A stretch of 64,000 nucleotides of DNA from the human T2T-CHM13v2.0 reference genome, Homo sapiens, in NCBI RefSeq assembly GCF_009914755.1, contig NC_060930.1. The stretch is one strand, 5' to 3'. How positions within the stretch are numbered: position 1 is the first letter of the stretch; the number at the start of each line of letters is the position of its first letter. The notes beneath the pieces are model-generated. The model had not been told where the DNA came from and made no database searches. It saw only the letters and a list, made by a program, of their open reading frames with translations. A program made the position numbers and the translations under genes. Below are positions 48,851-64,000 of this stretch, in pieces.

Positions 48851-48866
48851 GGCCCTAAAAAGGGCC
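48851..48866 (-). terminator. Histone 3' stem-loop (H4C12)
   Basis: GGCCCTTTTTAGGGCC on the minus strand. Confidence 0.93.
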
Positions 48867-48888
48867 TTTTGTTGATAGAAAGGGACGC

Positions 48889-49338
<450 letters not shown>

Positions 49339-50035
49339 CTAAAGGGCCAAACCGAAATAGGGGGAAAAAAAAAGCGAGCTTCTTGTTTCCGTGTTCTGAA
49401 TTTTGTAACGTGCATAGTATTTTGTTACCACGTTATGAGGCTTTAAAAAATTGCTTTTGAACGCAGAAGATATACATCAATACTGTGGGAAATACAAGAA
49501 AGGACAAGAAATTAAGAAACTACAATGTTATCCCATCACACAGGCTAGTTAATCATGTATTTTGCAGAGCAGTTGCACATATTTTTCCAAGAAAATGTAT
49601 ACAGTGTTGTATATGGAGTTTTGTAACCTCCTTATATTGATTATAATTTAACCAATTTCTATTAAAGAGATAAAAGTGATGTTTTGGTGTCTATGTTTCT
49701 TAGGAATTATCAATAGTTATAATCAGTTCCCCAGCAATTTTTTAATCGGCTGTATTTTAAAAATAATGTTTTCCACATTCAACATAAATGTACTTTTTCT
49801 CTATACTTGGGACCAATATTGAAATTTATGATTTTATTACACCAAAATTTAAATTTTATTACATTAATATTTAAAATTGTATTAGAGGTCTCATGATTTG
49901 GTACTACGGGTCTCCGCATTATTTCCTTTCCAAATTTCCTAATCTGTTTCACCAAGGTTTCTGGACAACTTTAGAGACCTTTTGTGAAGTTTGAATAAAA
50001 TCTCTTCGAGATTTTGATAATTGCATTAGCTTTAG

Positions 50036-50411
<376 letters not shown>

Positions 50412-50502
50412 GCTTGTAGGTTTTTAAAAAGACACTTTTATATGACCCAACTAAAGATTTGTTATCAACCATTATGGAGCAACTTTGATTCCGTATATTT
50501 GA

Positions 50503-50851
<349 letters not shown>

Positions 50852-51105
50852 ACTCTGAAATTATTTTAACATCAATGAAAATTATAAAACTCCTATAACT
50901 ATTCTAATATAATCTCTTAGTATTCAATTCTTTGTTTAGAAAGTAGTTAAGAGTTGAAACTCTGGAAATAGAAAACTTTGGTTTTAGATTAAATGTTTAC
51001 CTTTCAGACTCGAGCTGACTTGTTACCGATCAGACACGAGGTGACTTGTTTATTCTTTTTAAATCTTTGCTCATCTACAAAGTTAGAATAGGATAGTGAC
51101 GGTAC

Positions 51106-52142
<1,037 letters not shown>

Positions 52143-52550
52143 GTATTTACCTCTTTGAGGTACTGTAAGAATTAATGGAGGCCAGTCTCAGTAGCCTGCC
52201 TGTAGTCCCAGCTACTCTGGAGGCTGAGGTGGGGGGATTGCATGTGTTCAGGAGTGGGAGGATTGTGCAAGCTCAGGAGTCAGAGATCAGCCTGGGCAAC
52301 ATCACAAGACCTTCATCTAAAAAATAAAAAAAATTAAAAAAATAAAACAATGGAGATAATGTATGTAAAATATTAAGCAGAAAGCCAACCTCTATTTAAT
52401 ATACGTAATTTTTTTCTTTACAACTAATTTACAAATATTTTGTTTATATTATACTTTAAATATGTTAATACATCAATTTATCTAATTATGTATAACACAT
52501 TAAGTAGTTAATTTAAATAACAAATATTTATTTTTAGTACATATTGTCAA

Positions 52551-52969
52551 TGTCGGGGCTCAGAAACCAATACCCCAAACTATGGCATGGTGACAAGCTG
52601 AACTGCAGAAGCCTCAAAGTCTCTTTGACCTTCTCCCACTCCCCAACCTTTGTCTTCCTGTTATCTGGACTCACCAAAAATGAGTCCCTGTAAGACGAAT
52701 GTAATCACACCCGAACAGCTCATTTCACAAGATAAGGTACAAGTTTAATTTCTTTTCCCTGATCCATTCATTCTTCCTAGTAATCCCCTCAAATGAATTC
52801 CTCTTCTCCCTCCCTCAAACTGTTTTTCAAGGATGGTATATAAACTTCTGAACCACGTTCTGGGGTGGGCAATCACTGATTCTCCCCATGCACATTGTAA
52901 ATTTGTCTGCCTTTTTTTCTATTAATCTACCTCATGTCTGATTTTTCAACAAACCTTCAGAGGGCATCA
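52551..52969 (+). mobile_element. MER39-type LTR
   Basis: TGTCGGGGCTCAGAAACCAATACCCCAAA start; AAACCTTCAGAGGGC near the end. Confidence 0.65.
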
Positions 52970-54704
52970 AATCAGTAAGGACATTCATTTAATTCAATAT
53001 TTCACAGATGATATAATACCATGAAGTGATAAGGCACTATAAATGTTCCTAATTGCTCCTTGCCCCTTGGATCTCTCTGATCTTTAGGTTGCCTCCTCTA
53101 GTTTACTTACTGTGAAGCTACTCATTTAACAGCTCCTCCATTTTCCTTTACATGTGTATGTGGAATTATAAACAATGATATATCACACTTGTATATTTTA
53201 TTTTGCTTAATACATAAGTTTGCATGTCAATGTTTTGATTATGAGTACATTGATTTGAGTTTGCATAAATAACACCCAAAATTATAATAATTATAAAGCA
53301 AAAGTTACTTTACAAGCTGTTTAGCTTAAAGAATTTTACTTCTGGAACTCACGAACTCTGAAAAATATTACTTAGCTAGCTTTCATGATTAAATGGTGGT
53401 TCTTGGGAGAAACAGAATCAATGGAATAATTTTATTATCAACTTCAATGATCATAACAGCATATTTTATTTAAAAACTTATTTTAATTTCAAAAATCTTA
53501 CAGGCCTTCTATGGAGCTGTATCATTTACTCTATATTGAGAAACAATTATTGAAAATTTATACACATAAATAACACAGATGACATTTTAAAAGGGAACAA
53601 ATGAATTAATTCATTGAAATCAGGATGGAGTCCTCAACATCAAATAATAAATTTTTTTAAACAATGTGATATTTATGATTTTTGTGATTGCTGTTTTATT
53701 CCAAGAAATACTAGTTGTATGTGATTGCAATCAAGACTTAAATCTAGGAAATAAAAATGTGTGAAGAGACTCAAAAATTAATGTATTTCAATGGACTGGA
53801 GATCCTGTAGAAATTCATTTTCATTAACATGTCTGTATGAGGAAAACAGTAGCTTATATAAGTTTAGGTGGAGAGGAATAGAAGGCCCTCTCTATAGCTA
53901 GGAGGACTTGGTGATCTGAGAAGGAAAGGAGTGATCTTGGTGAAAGAAAGGAAGCAGGAAAAACTGACAGGAACAGGAGTATATGACCATGATATAATAA
54001 AAAACCTGACTTACAATGTCCTTCATTCATACTGTTTTTAAATAACACGTTCTAAAGTAATCTCACACCCTAACCCCAACCCTTTCCCATCATTTATATA
54101 AACAGTCCATTATGACATGTATTCTTTGCCCAAGCCAACTTGAAGCTCCTTTTGGATAGAGACTTTATGTATCTGGATTAATATTGTATTCCCATTTAGG
54201 AGAGTGCCTGGCACACCATAGATGCTCAGAAAGATTCAATTGAACTCGAATAGGTAGGCCAAACACACACGGGGTCCTAAATTGTGCAGAAGGGTCAGAT
54301 ACCTAAATTTTGCTTCCATGGTCTTATGAAGTATAAACTAAAAGCCCAAGTAAGGAGCAAAGGTTAGTTTACCAATTTTATCTCTGGAACCCAGGTACAC
54401 TGAAAAGTATTATTTAGCTAGCTTTCAGTCCTCTGTAATACAGAAAGTAAATATCTGACACTAGGTTCATTTGAAACACTCTTGCTCTGTCACACAAGCT
54501 GGACTGCAGTGGTGCAATCATAGCTCATTGCAGCCTCGAACTCCTGGGCTCAAGTGATCCTTCTGGTCTCAGCCTCCCGAGTAGCTAGGACTACAGGCTA
54601 TGAGACGCCAGGCACGGTTAGTTATTTTACTTTTGTAAAGATCAGGCTGGCTTCGAACTCCAAGGCTCTAGCGGTCCTTCCGCCTCGGCTTCCCAAAGCG
54701 GTTC

Positions 54705-55356
54705 TGTTTACCGGATGGTGCCAAACAGTTCCAGGCTCTTGGTGCCCGGTAGAAATTGGACGACACACACACAGATAGCAAAGCAAAGCAGCAAAAGTTT
54801 AGTAAACAGAGTATTACACTCTCGGGGGTGGGAGAGAGCGGACTGACCTCTGCGAGGTGAGATCAGCGTCAGCTTGCTGTAGTTTGAGTCATTTTATGTG
54901 TGTGCGTGCGTGTGTGTATGTTTTCTGTTCCCAGTGCTGCCTAATCTATAGCCAGCATCTGCCCTTTTATTGATAGGTTTGTTGCTTACTTTGTCCTCTG
55001 TGGCTTGTGCCTCTATCTTATAATCTTAAATATATGCATGATATGTAGCCCATATGCATGAACCTTAAGTAGCTGATTATCATACGGGCTTTTGTTAAGG
55101 ATACTTTTCCTCTCTAATACGCATGCCCATCTCTGAAGAGCTGCCTCTTAAACTGGTTTGTTCCAGATCTTGCCGGCCACGAGGTCCTTGCTCACATTAT
55201 CTCTTTTGTTTCGGCTGCAAAAGGTTCACTGCTTGTTATCTCGCTTCTTGTTCACCCGCCCATCTACCTTACTTCTGCCCTTTGCTTTTACTTATTCTGC
55301 CCTCTAACTTTCAGCTCCCTTTGTTATTCTCTTGCCTCACTTTTCTTATTGTTTCA
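54705..55356 (-). mobile_element. ERV LTR inserted into an old Alu (Alu parts ~54471-54700 and ~55357-55388)
   Basis: TG...CA termini; Alu sequence TCCCAAAGCG resumes as GCTGTATTGCAGGCGCGAGCTGCCGCGCC after the LTR. Confidence 0.55.
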
Positions 55357-55557
55357 GCTGTATTGCAGGCGCGAGCTGCCGCGCCTAAATTTCTTGATGT
55401 ACCGTAAACATTTCAATGTCTACTTTCTATCTCAAAACAATGTGGTGTAAAAGCCGTTTAGTTTTGCTTCATCTCCATACAGCATTCCAGTGCCATTGCA
55501 AAATGACTCGACTATCAGATAAAACTGAACACAGCTCTACTTGGTGAAAAAGTAGGT

Positions 55558-55573
55558 GGCTCTGAAAAGAACC
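55558..55573 (-). terminator. Histone 3' stem-loop, variant (H2AC15)
   Basis: GGTTCTTTTCAGAGCC on the minus strand; U-G wobble at pair 3. Confidence 0.9.
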
Positions 55574-55619
55574 TTTTTGGTTTGGACCGAGGTATGAGTA
55601 ATGAACTGCTCCAGCCCCG

Positions 55620-56024
<405 letters not shown>

Positions 56025-56039
56025 TCAATCAGTAACGTT

Positions 56040-56715
<676 letters not shown>

Positions 56716-56762
56716 GCCCGCCCACCGCGGAACGTTCGGTCAGTCTCGGCCCACACCCCAAA

Positions 56763-56778
56763 GGCTCTTTTCAGAGCC
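56763..56778 (+). terminator. Histone 3' stem-loop (H2BC15)
   Basis: GGCTCTTTTCAGAGCC with downstream CAAAGAG (HDE-like). Confidence 0.95.
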
Positions 56779-56888
56779 ACTCAGTCTTCCCAAAGAGAAC
56801 TGGCACTCACTGTTCTTACAGCAGGTATTTCTTACTTGCTACAAAGACGATTTCCAAGATTCCTTTAGCCTTGTTAGAAACTAATTTT

Positions 56889-57184
<296 letters not shown>

Positions 57185-58297
57185 TTAGCACTGCAGTGTA
57201 CTGCATGTTGCAGCAACGCTTGAGACAATTTTATATCTGAAGAAGGATGAGGTTTATCATCAGACAAACCTAGTAAAGGGAAAATTCAGTTCCTGTTGAC
57301 CCCAAAGAAAATATAATACTTAAGTGTCACTGGTAAAATATCCACAGTGCTTCCGGCGCTCTGTCCCTAAACTTCATGTGTACTTTAGTAATGAAGCAGT
57401 TGGCACACACACAAACGTACAAATCGACTTGTTTGTTTTGAGAGTGGTGCTGTTTCTCCTCCCTTGTCCCCAGTTTGGATTTGCTAAATATTAAGATAGA
57501 AAGGCAGTAGAAAAAAGTTTGAACCCAGTTTACAGCACCGTACACGTCAATCGGGCTGAGTTGATGTCAATGGCCAATCCCGACACTGCGAGGGCAGTTT
57601 GAAACTTGGCCACCGTTTTCTCTGGTGAGTGTTCTAGTTGGGAAAATTCTTGGCAGTGCAGGTTTTTTGGAGGAATCTTGCTGTCTTACTCATTCCCATA
57701 ATTCTCTTGTGTGGAATTCCTATTTATGAACATAGTTTCTATTCCCTACTTTTTCTGTTAGGGTCTGCTCCATGTTTTCTTGTCTGTGTCACTTGCGTTT
57801 ACTGTATCTCTAGTAATTGGAAGAAATGTTAAAAGAAAAAAAAAATAGAGGAGGAGAAGGGCTGTTCTCCATTGTTTTCCCCCACCCCCAACTCAGGAAA
57901 TCAAAATGAGTGTCTTCATTTTAAACACTTAGGAGTGGCATATTTAAAAGTATTTTGGTCTTTGCCAAGAATCAGTGTGGGAACTCTTCCACATCAAATT
58001 GTATTTGCTGAAGGTTTTTGATAATATTTTTTATCCAGTAAGTGTACTCCAGTGACCCAACCATTCGATTCCTAGCTGTTTACATGAAAGAATATTTTGC
58101 ACACATGCAACAGGAGACATATGAGAATGGAAAAAATGCCATTTTTAATAGATAAAAATACTAGAGGCAACTACATGTTCATGGTCAAAATAATGCATTT
58201 ATTGAGGTACACACAGTACCTGGTTGAATTTTAGAAATGTAAGTCTCAGAAGGTTCATATATAATAACATTTTTTTTAAACTCAGAAGTAAAACCAT

Positions 58298-58419
58298 GGC
58301 TGGGCATGGTGGCTCATGCCTGTAATCCTAGCACTTTGGGAGGCTGAGATGGGAGGTTTGCTTAAGCTCAGGAGTTCAAGACCAGCCTGGGCAGTATGGT
58401 GAGACCCTACCTCTTAAAA

Positions 58420-58466
<47 letters not shown>

Positions 58467-58467
58467 A
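58298..58467 (+). mobile_element. FLAM-type Alu monomer with (TAAA)n tail
   Basis: Single left monomer plus microsatellite tail. Confidence 0.82.
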
Positions 58468-58707
58468 ATGAAAATAAAACCAAATTATACATTGTTGAAG
58501 TGTATATAGAAGCGCTTATACAGAATAAGTATACACAAGTGCGTGATAATGAAAACTTTTAAGAGAGTTTTTAAAATACCTGGCACTGGCTATCTTAGCG
58601 ATAAAGGCAAGACATGGGATGGGGAAAAACACAGAGGTAAATACAAGTTGTCGTCAATATTCCAGTTTTGGGTTAGATGTTTTATCATGGGTTTTGATAT
58701 AATTTGA

Positions 58708-59018
<311 letters not shown>

Positions 59019-60593
59019 TGATTTACACTTTAAATATATGTTACATGTATTAAACTTATGTATCAAATACTATACTGGAAAATATAATAGGAAAAAACCC
59101 CCTGTGTAAAAACAAGTTACAAGCATCACATAGTTTGTCATAAAGGAAAACTTACAGGTGAGAAACTCAAACTTAATAGTGTTCCTGTAAATATTATTCA
59201 TTTTCTAAATATTATTCATTCCTTCTCCTCTCTTAAGGAAGAGAAAAAGAAGATTCACAGAGAGCATTAAGAAGGCCCATGGATTCAGAAAGCTCAAGAT
59301 TTGGCTAAAATTAAGAGTCAGCAACCAATCTCCAGGTACCCTTGCTTCTCAATCTGTAGACTAAAGACCCTAGACCAAAAATCCTGATTCCCAGGAAGTG
59401 CTTGGAGGATCTTGATGGTGCTTCATTACAGTTGGTTTCTTTACATTATTTGATGTATTGAATCTGCATTTGGCACAGAATTGATACAATTCAGACTTCA
59501 TGAAATCCATTCAATTAAATGTTCTTTCTCCCTGCTTCTCCATCTATCTAAATCCTAACTTATCCTCCAAAGTTCACACAAGTCTCACTCTCTGAAGCCC
59601 TCTCTATTAGAGCCTAGCTGAGCTCTGTCTTCCTTTAGCTCCTCTAGCTCTTATAATCTCTACTTAACTTCCCACAAAATCTTTGTAACATCTCTCTGGA
59701 GGCTGTGTGTGTGTATGTATATATGTATTTTGTATATATGTTATGTATGTGTATGTGTGTATACTCCTCTCTCTGTTAGAACAGAGATTATACTTTTTGC
59801 ATTTATGTATCTCCTCTCCTCCCACCATTTCACACCAAAATACTTGAGAACAGTAAATTCATCATACATTTGAGTTTTTTCATCACAACTTTTCATAGCA
59901 CAGGTGCCTTTGAGCCTCTCCATTAATACAGATAATCAGCAGGAAATTCTGATATTGGTTTGTTTTATGGAATGGAGGAATCTGTAGTTAAAATCCAGAA
60001 GAGAAAGTGAGAAGGGGATTTGGAAGGATTAAGATACCTAAACACATTCTCCAGGCCAGAATAAAGAATAGTGAAGTGACTCCTTATTAAACATACAGAG
60101 AATATAGATAGATGTCTATATTTCTGCATCTATATGTCTATATGAAGTTTGGGCCATCAGGGACTACTTGAATAACCTGGAATTGTCAGCAGGGAAGAAG
60201 ATGTCTAGAAGAATATTGTGTGTGCGGTGGCTAAAATCTGTGTGGAGAATGGAGAGAAGCATTCAGAAAAAAATTGAACACTTCTTTACAAAGTTCACAT
60301 ATCAGGCCCATTACTCTCAGTTATTAAGAAGTTAAAATTTCTAAAACAGAGAGATAAAGAGAAATAAGGACTCAAAGATAGATCTTTTAAGTTATTTGCA
60401 CCTGATAGCCAAGCATGGTACCCTCTGTTGCTGAAACAATCTTGATTAATTTATGACATTGCTAATGAGCCTTGGGGAATTGATTAGAGCTAATCCAAAC
60501 CAGGTTGTCATGTTAGTGCTTTACACTGGAACTTTTATATGGTAGCTTCAAGAAAGCACATGATTCATGTTTTGCCCCAAATAACTTTTTGTG

Positions 60594-60655
60594 TATGTAT
60601 ATATATATATGTCTATATATATGTCTATATATATATGTCTATATATATATATATA
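60594..60655. repeat. (TA)n / GTC(TA)n compound microsatellite
   Basis: Direct reading. Confidence 0.9.
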
Positions 60656-61211
60656 TTTTTTTTTCTGAAGAACAATTTGTAGGGCAAAAAGGAACAGATT
60701 GGAACATAGAATTATATGAGAGAATCTGGTCCTAAAGGACTTTTTTTTTTTTTTTTTTTTACAGCTATGTCTTGAAAAAACAACTATTTACCTGAATAAA
60801 TGGTCTTTGGCCAGACTAGAAAAATTTATATTTTCCTCATTGGAAACAGAGCACTCCCTTCCATGGAGATTGCAAGAAACATACTGACAAAGCCTAATTC
60901 TTTTTCACTCATTTCTAGATTTCATGCAGTCTACCATTCTTCAGTTATGACGTAGTACTGGACATGCTCCTTTTTTATTTATTTTTATTTTTATTTTTTT
61001 TTTGTTTATTTCATTACAGCAAACATTGCCTGATAAAGGGCATGTTAAATTAATGTGATCACAACTTATCTGAGGTCCATTTCCTATTACGTGATGTGGA
61101 AAACATGGTGTGAATTTAATCATCCATTCATTTCTAAACCATCTCAAATATCTGTTACTTCTGCAGATGGCCAATTTATTCATTTCCCAATTCCTTTTAA
61201 CTTGTGTTTCA

Positions 61212-61676
<465 letters not shown>

Positions 61677-63026
61677 CTAGGGGGTTGGTAAATGTGAGTG
61701 ATGAAACTTAGCAAGGTTTTATTGAGGGTCAGAAAATGGAAAGAACAATGGGGATAGACTGTGAGAACAAATAACCTCATCCCCTGACAGTAAGAATTCC
61801 CACTGATACAAGGAAAAATAAAAGAAGTGCCTCAGCCATAGTTCTGTAATTATACTAGAGAAAAGGAATTATTTTTGATGGAGAAATTGAGAAAAGCTGT
61901 AAGAAAACACTGGGATTCTAAGCATATTAATTTGGGAAGAGCCTTAAAATCCCAAGGCACAAGGGCAGCAACTCAGGCTTTGAAATCATATAGTCAGGTC
62001 CTGGTGCAACCATTTGGAGTAGCAGTGAGGGTTGTGACCTGTATTTATCGACCCTCTGTGAGGTTGGTGCTTGTGTAGCTCATTAAACAGGGCTTACAAA
62101 TGAGAATATATAAAAAGCAGTGGTTCTCACACCTGTCAGGCCTAGGCTCCCTTTTTATGTCTAATATTTTTATGGTCCTTTTTACAGCCTGTAATTAAAT
62201 TCTTAGGTAATACTATTTAACTTAATTTTTCAAAAATTGCTAAAGCAACTTAATATGATTTAAAAGCTAAATAAGGGATGGTATTTTAACAATAAAGATG
62301 ATACTTTCAACCTATAAATGCTTGGGCCCTATACTAGAAAACAAAATGAAGTAGTTGGATGTTCCAGCTCTGTATGGGACTATCCTGAATGCAACAAGGA
62401 CCAAACCAACTGACTCAGGTAACTCAAATACCACAAGGGACATTACTCTCAGTAATGTGATTTTTTTCTTTTTGAAAAGGCCAGTAATGCTGAGTGACAT
62501 TTGAACACAATAAAATACAGTCTTCTCTTAATTTGTAAAGTGATTGCATTCTTGGAAAATTCAGTGCACATTAAACTATGCACACACACAGACATTTCAT
62601 GCTTATGTGTAAAAGGAATTCTGTTTTAGCCTCAAATAATCAGGTTTTTCATCTTCAGATTGATTTTGAGATACCTGGAAGTCATGCATGAGTTGAGGCT
62701 TCTTCACAGGATATCTAGCATCCCTGGTCCTTCCCTAAATGTCAGTAGTGTGCCCTTTCCCAATCACCAGGACAGCAAAAAAGAAAAAAAAAAAACCAGC
62801 AACAACAACAATAAAAACCCAACTTATTTAATTTCCAGAATGCTCCGTAAGAACCAGTACTGCTCTACGAGAACCATGACATTAATTACTTTCATTGCAG
62901 AAACTACATAGAGGACATGTCAAAGCTGAGAGTGGCTGGAGGGCTTCTAATAATGCCAGAATGTCCTCAGAAATAGTCTGCAGTGCTGATAATCAGTTGC
63001 AGAAGAAAAATACTTGAGGCATCTGC

Positions 63027-63993
63027 CCTAGGTAGGCCAATTTGTCCATGCACCTGGTTGGCTATCTCTAAACTTCTTTTCTTCCCTCTAGAGGTTACCT
63101 GTGGACATGTGAATAAGCAGAGGGTCTTATTACCGAGAAGAAGTGGACAGCCTGTGATGGCAAAGGGTCGTTAATTCAGAAGTCCTCCCCATTTGCTATT
63201 GCTCAGGCCAGTTTATTAAAGTTCTGCTTCTGTAGGTATAGCACTCCATTGGCTTTGAACTAAAGCAGCAGCCATCAGATTCACATTCAGCTTTGGTCTG
63301 ATAAACAAAAAAGCAGAGAAGGATATTGAAATGTAAGTAGTTGGCCACTTCTGTGGGGTCCACTGTGATACTGGAGCTCCTGTATACATCCTAGACCTTA
63401 AGAACACATGGAAACTCAGCTCTTCTAAAAATGTAATACAGAACCATGCTGATCCCAAAGAAGGAATGAGTTCCCCGCAGCCACCTTCTCGGTGGGGCTT
63501 TGCAACAGGTACCTCACTGCAGATGTCTCAATAGCTTCTCTCGTCTGGCTACCAGCAATACCTCTTAAACAGATATGTCTTCACCTTGTTAAATCAGTCA
63601 GAGAGATGTTGACGAATTCCCCTTCTTGGAACTTTATTGTTAGATGTGGAGCAAGAACATATTCTGGGAAAGATAAGGCATATTGCAACTGCTTATTCTG
63701 AGACAGATGCTCCAAATCTCAGAATTTGCTTTCTAGTCTTGTGTCCTTTTTACTGACATGTTGTGCCAGACTAGAAGGAAAGGAATGAAAATAAATGTGG
63801 GTTTGGGGGAAGGGGAGGCATGGAGGAAGGCCTACGTAGGCCAATTTGTCCATGCGCCTGGTTGGGTATTTCTAGACTTCTTTTCTTCCCTCGAGAGCTG
63901 TGGGCATGTGAATAAGCAGAGGGTCTTAATGCTGAGAAGAGGTAGACAGCCTGTGATGGCAAAGGGTCATTATCTCGGAAGTCCTCCACATTG
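63027..63993 (+). repeat. Direct duplication of ~165 bp (63027-63194 and 63831-63993)
   Basis: GTAGGCCAATTTGTCCATGC...CATGTGAATAAGCAGAGGGTCTTA...GACAGCCTGTGATGGCAAAGGGTC present in both copies. Confidence 0.85.
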
Positions 63994-64000
63994 ATTATCA

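Noticed and set aside
57330-57640. CpG-containing stretch with CCAAT, possible orphan histone promoter or relic
   Set aside because: No histone coding remnant, TATA or stem-loop found

Overview
Human genomic DNA (Alu-rich, hominid SVA present) from the distal replication-dependent histone cluster on 6p22.1. The left ~24 kb is repeat-rich and carries two tRNA-Gln genes (CTG, TTG), several solo ERV LTRs and a BC200 retrocopy. The right part holds an H4 pseudogene and nine intronless stem-loop histone genes in the order H2B(-)/H2A(+), H3.1(+), H2A(-)/H2B(+), H4(+), H4(-), H2A(-)/H2B(+), matching H2BC13-H2AC13-H3C10-H2AC14-H2BC14-H4C11-H4C12-H2AC15-H2BC15. Symbols for genes encoding identical proteins rest on gene order. 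The most unusual structure is a full-length SVA between the two H4 genes whose SINE-R appears to have regained ~250 bp of HERV-K LTR5 U3 (with its TATAAAA) that canonical SVAs lack, with a 79-bp duplication and a slippage-like junction. Other highlights: two ~98%-identical inverted histone gene pairs (the H4 pair sits inside a much older, decayed inverted duplication), loss of the H2B octamer in two of three H2B promoters, a degenerate tRNA-like relic, and a perfect palindromic ERE. Repeat family names come from my recall of consensus sequences, and repeat boundaries are approximate unless a TSD is cited.
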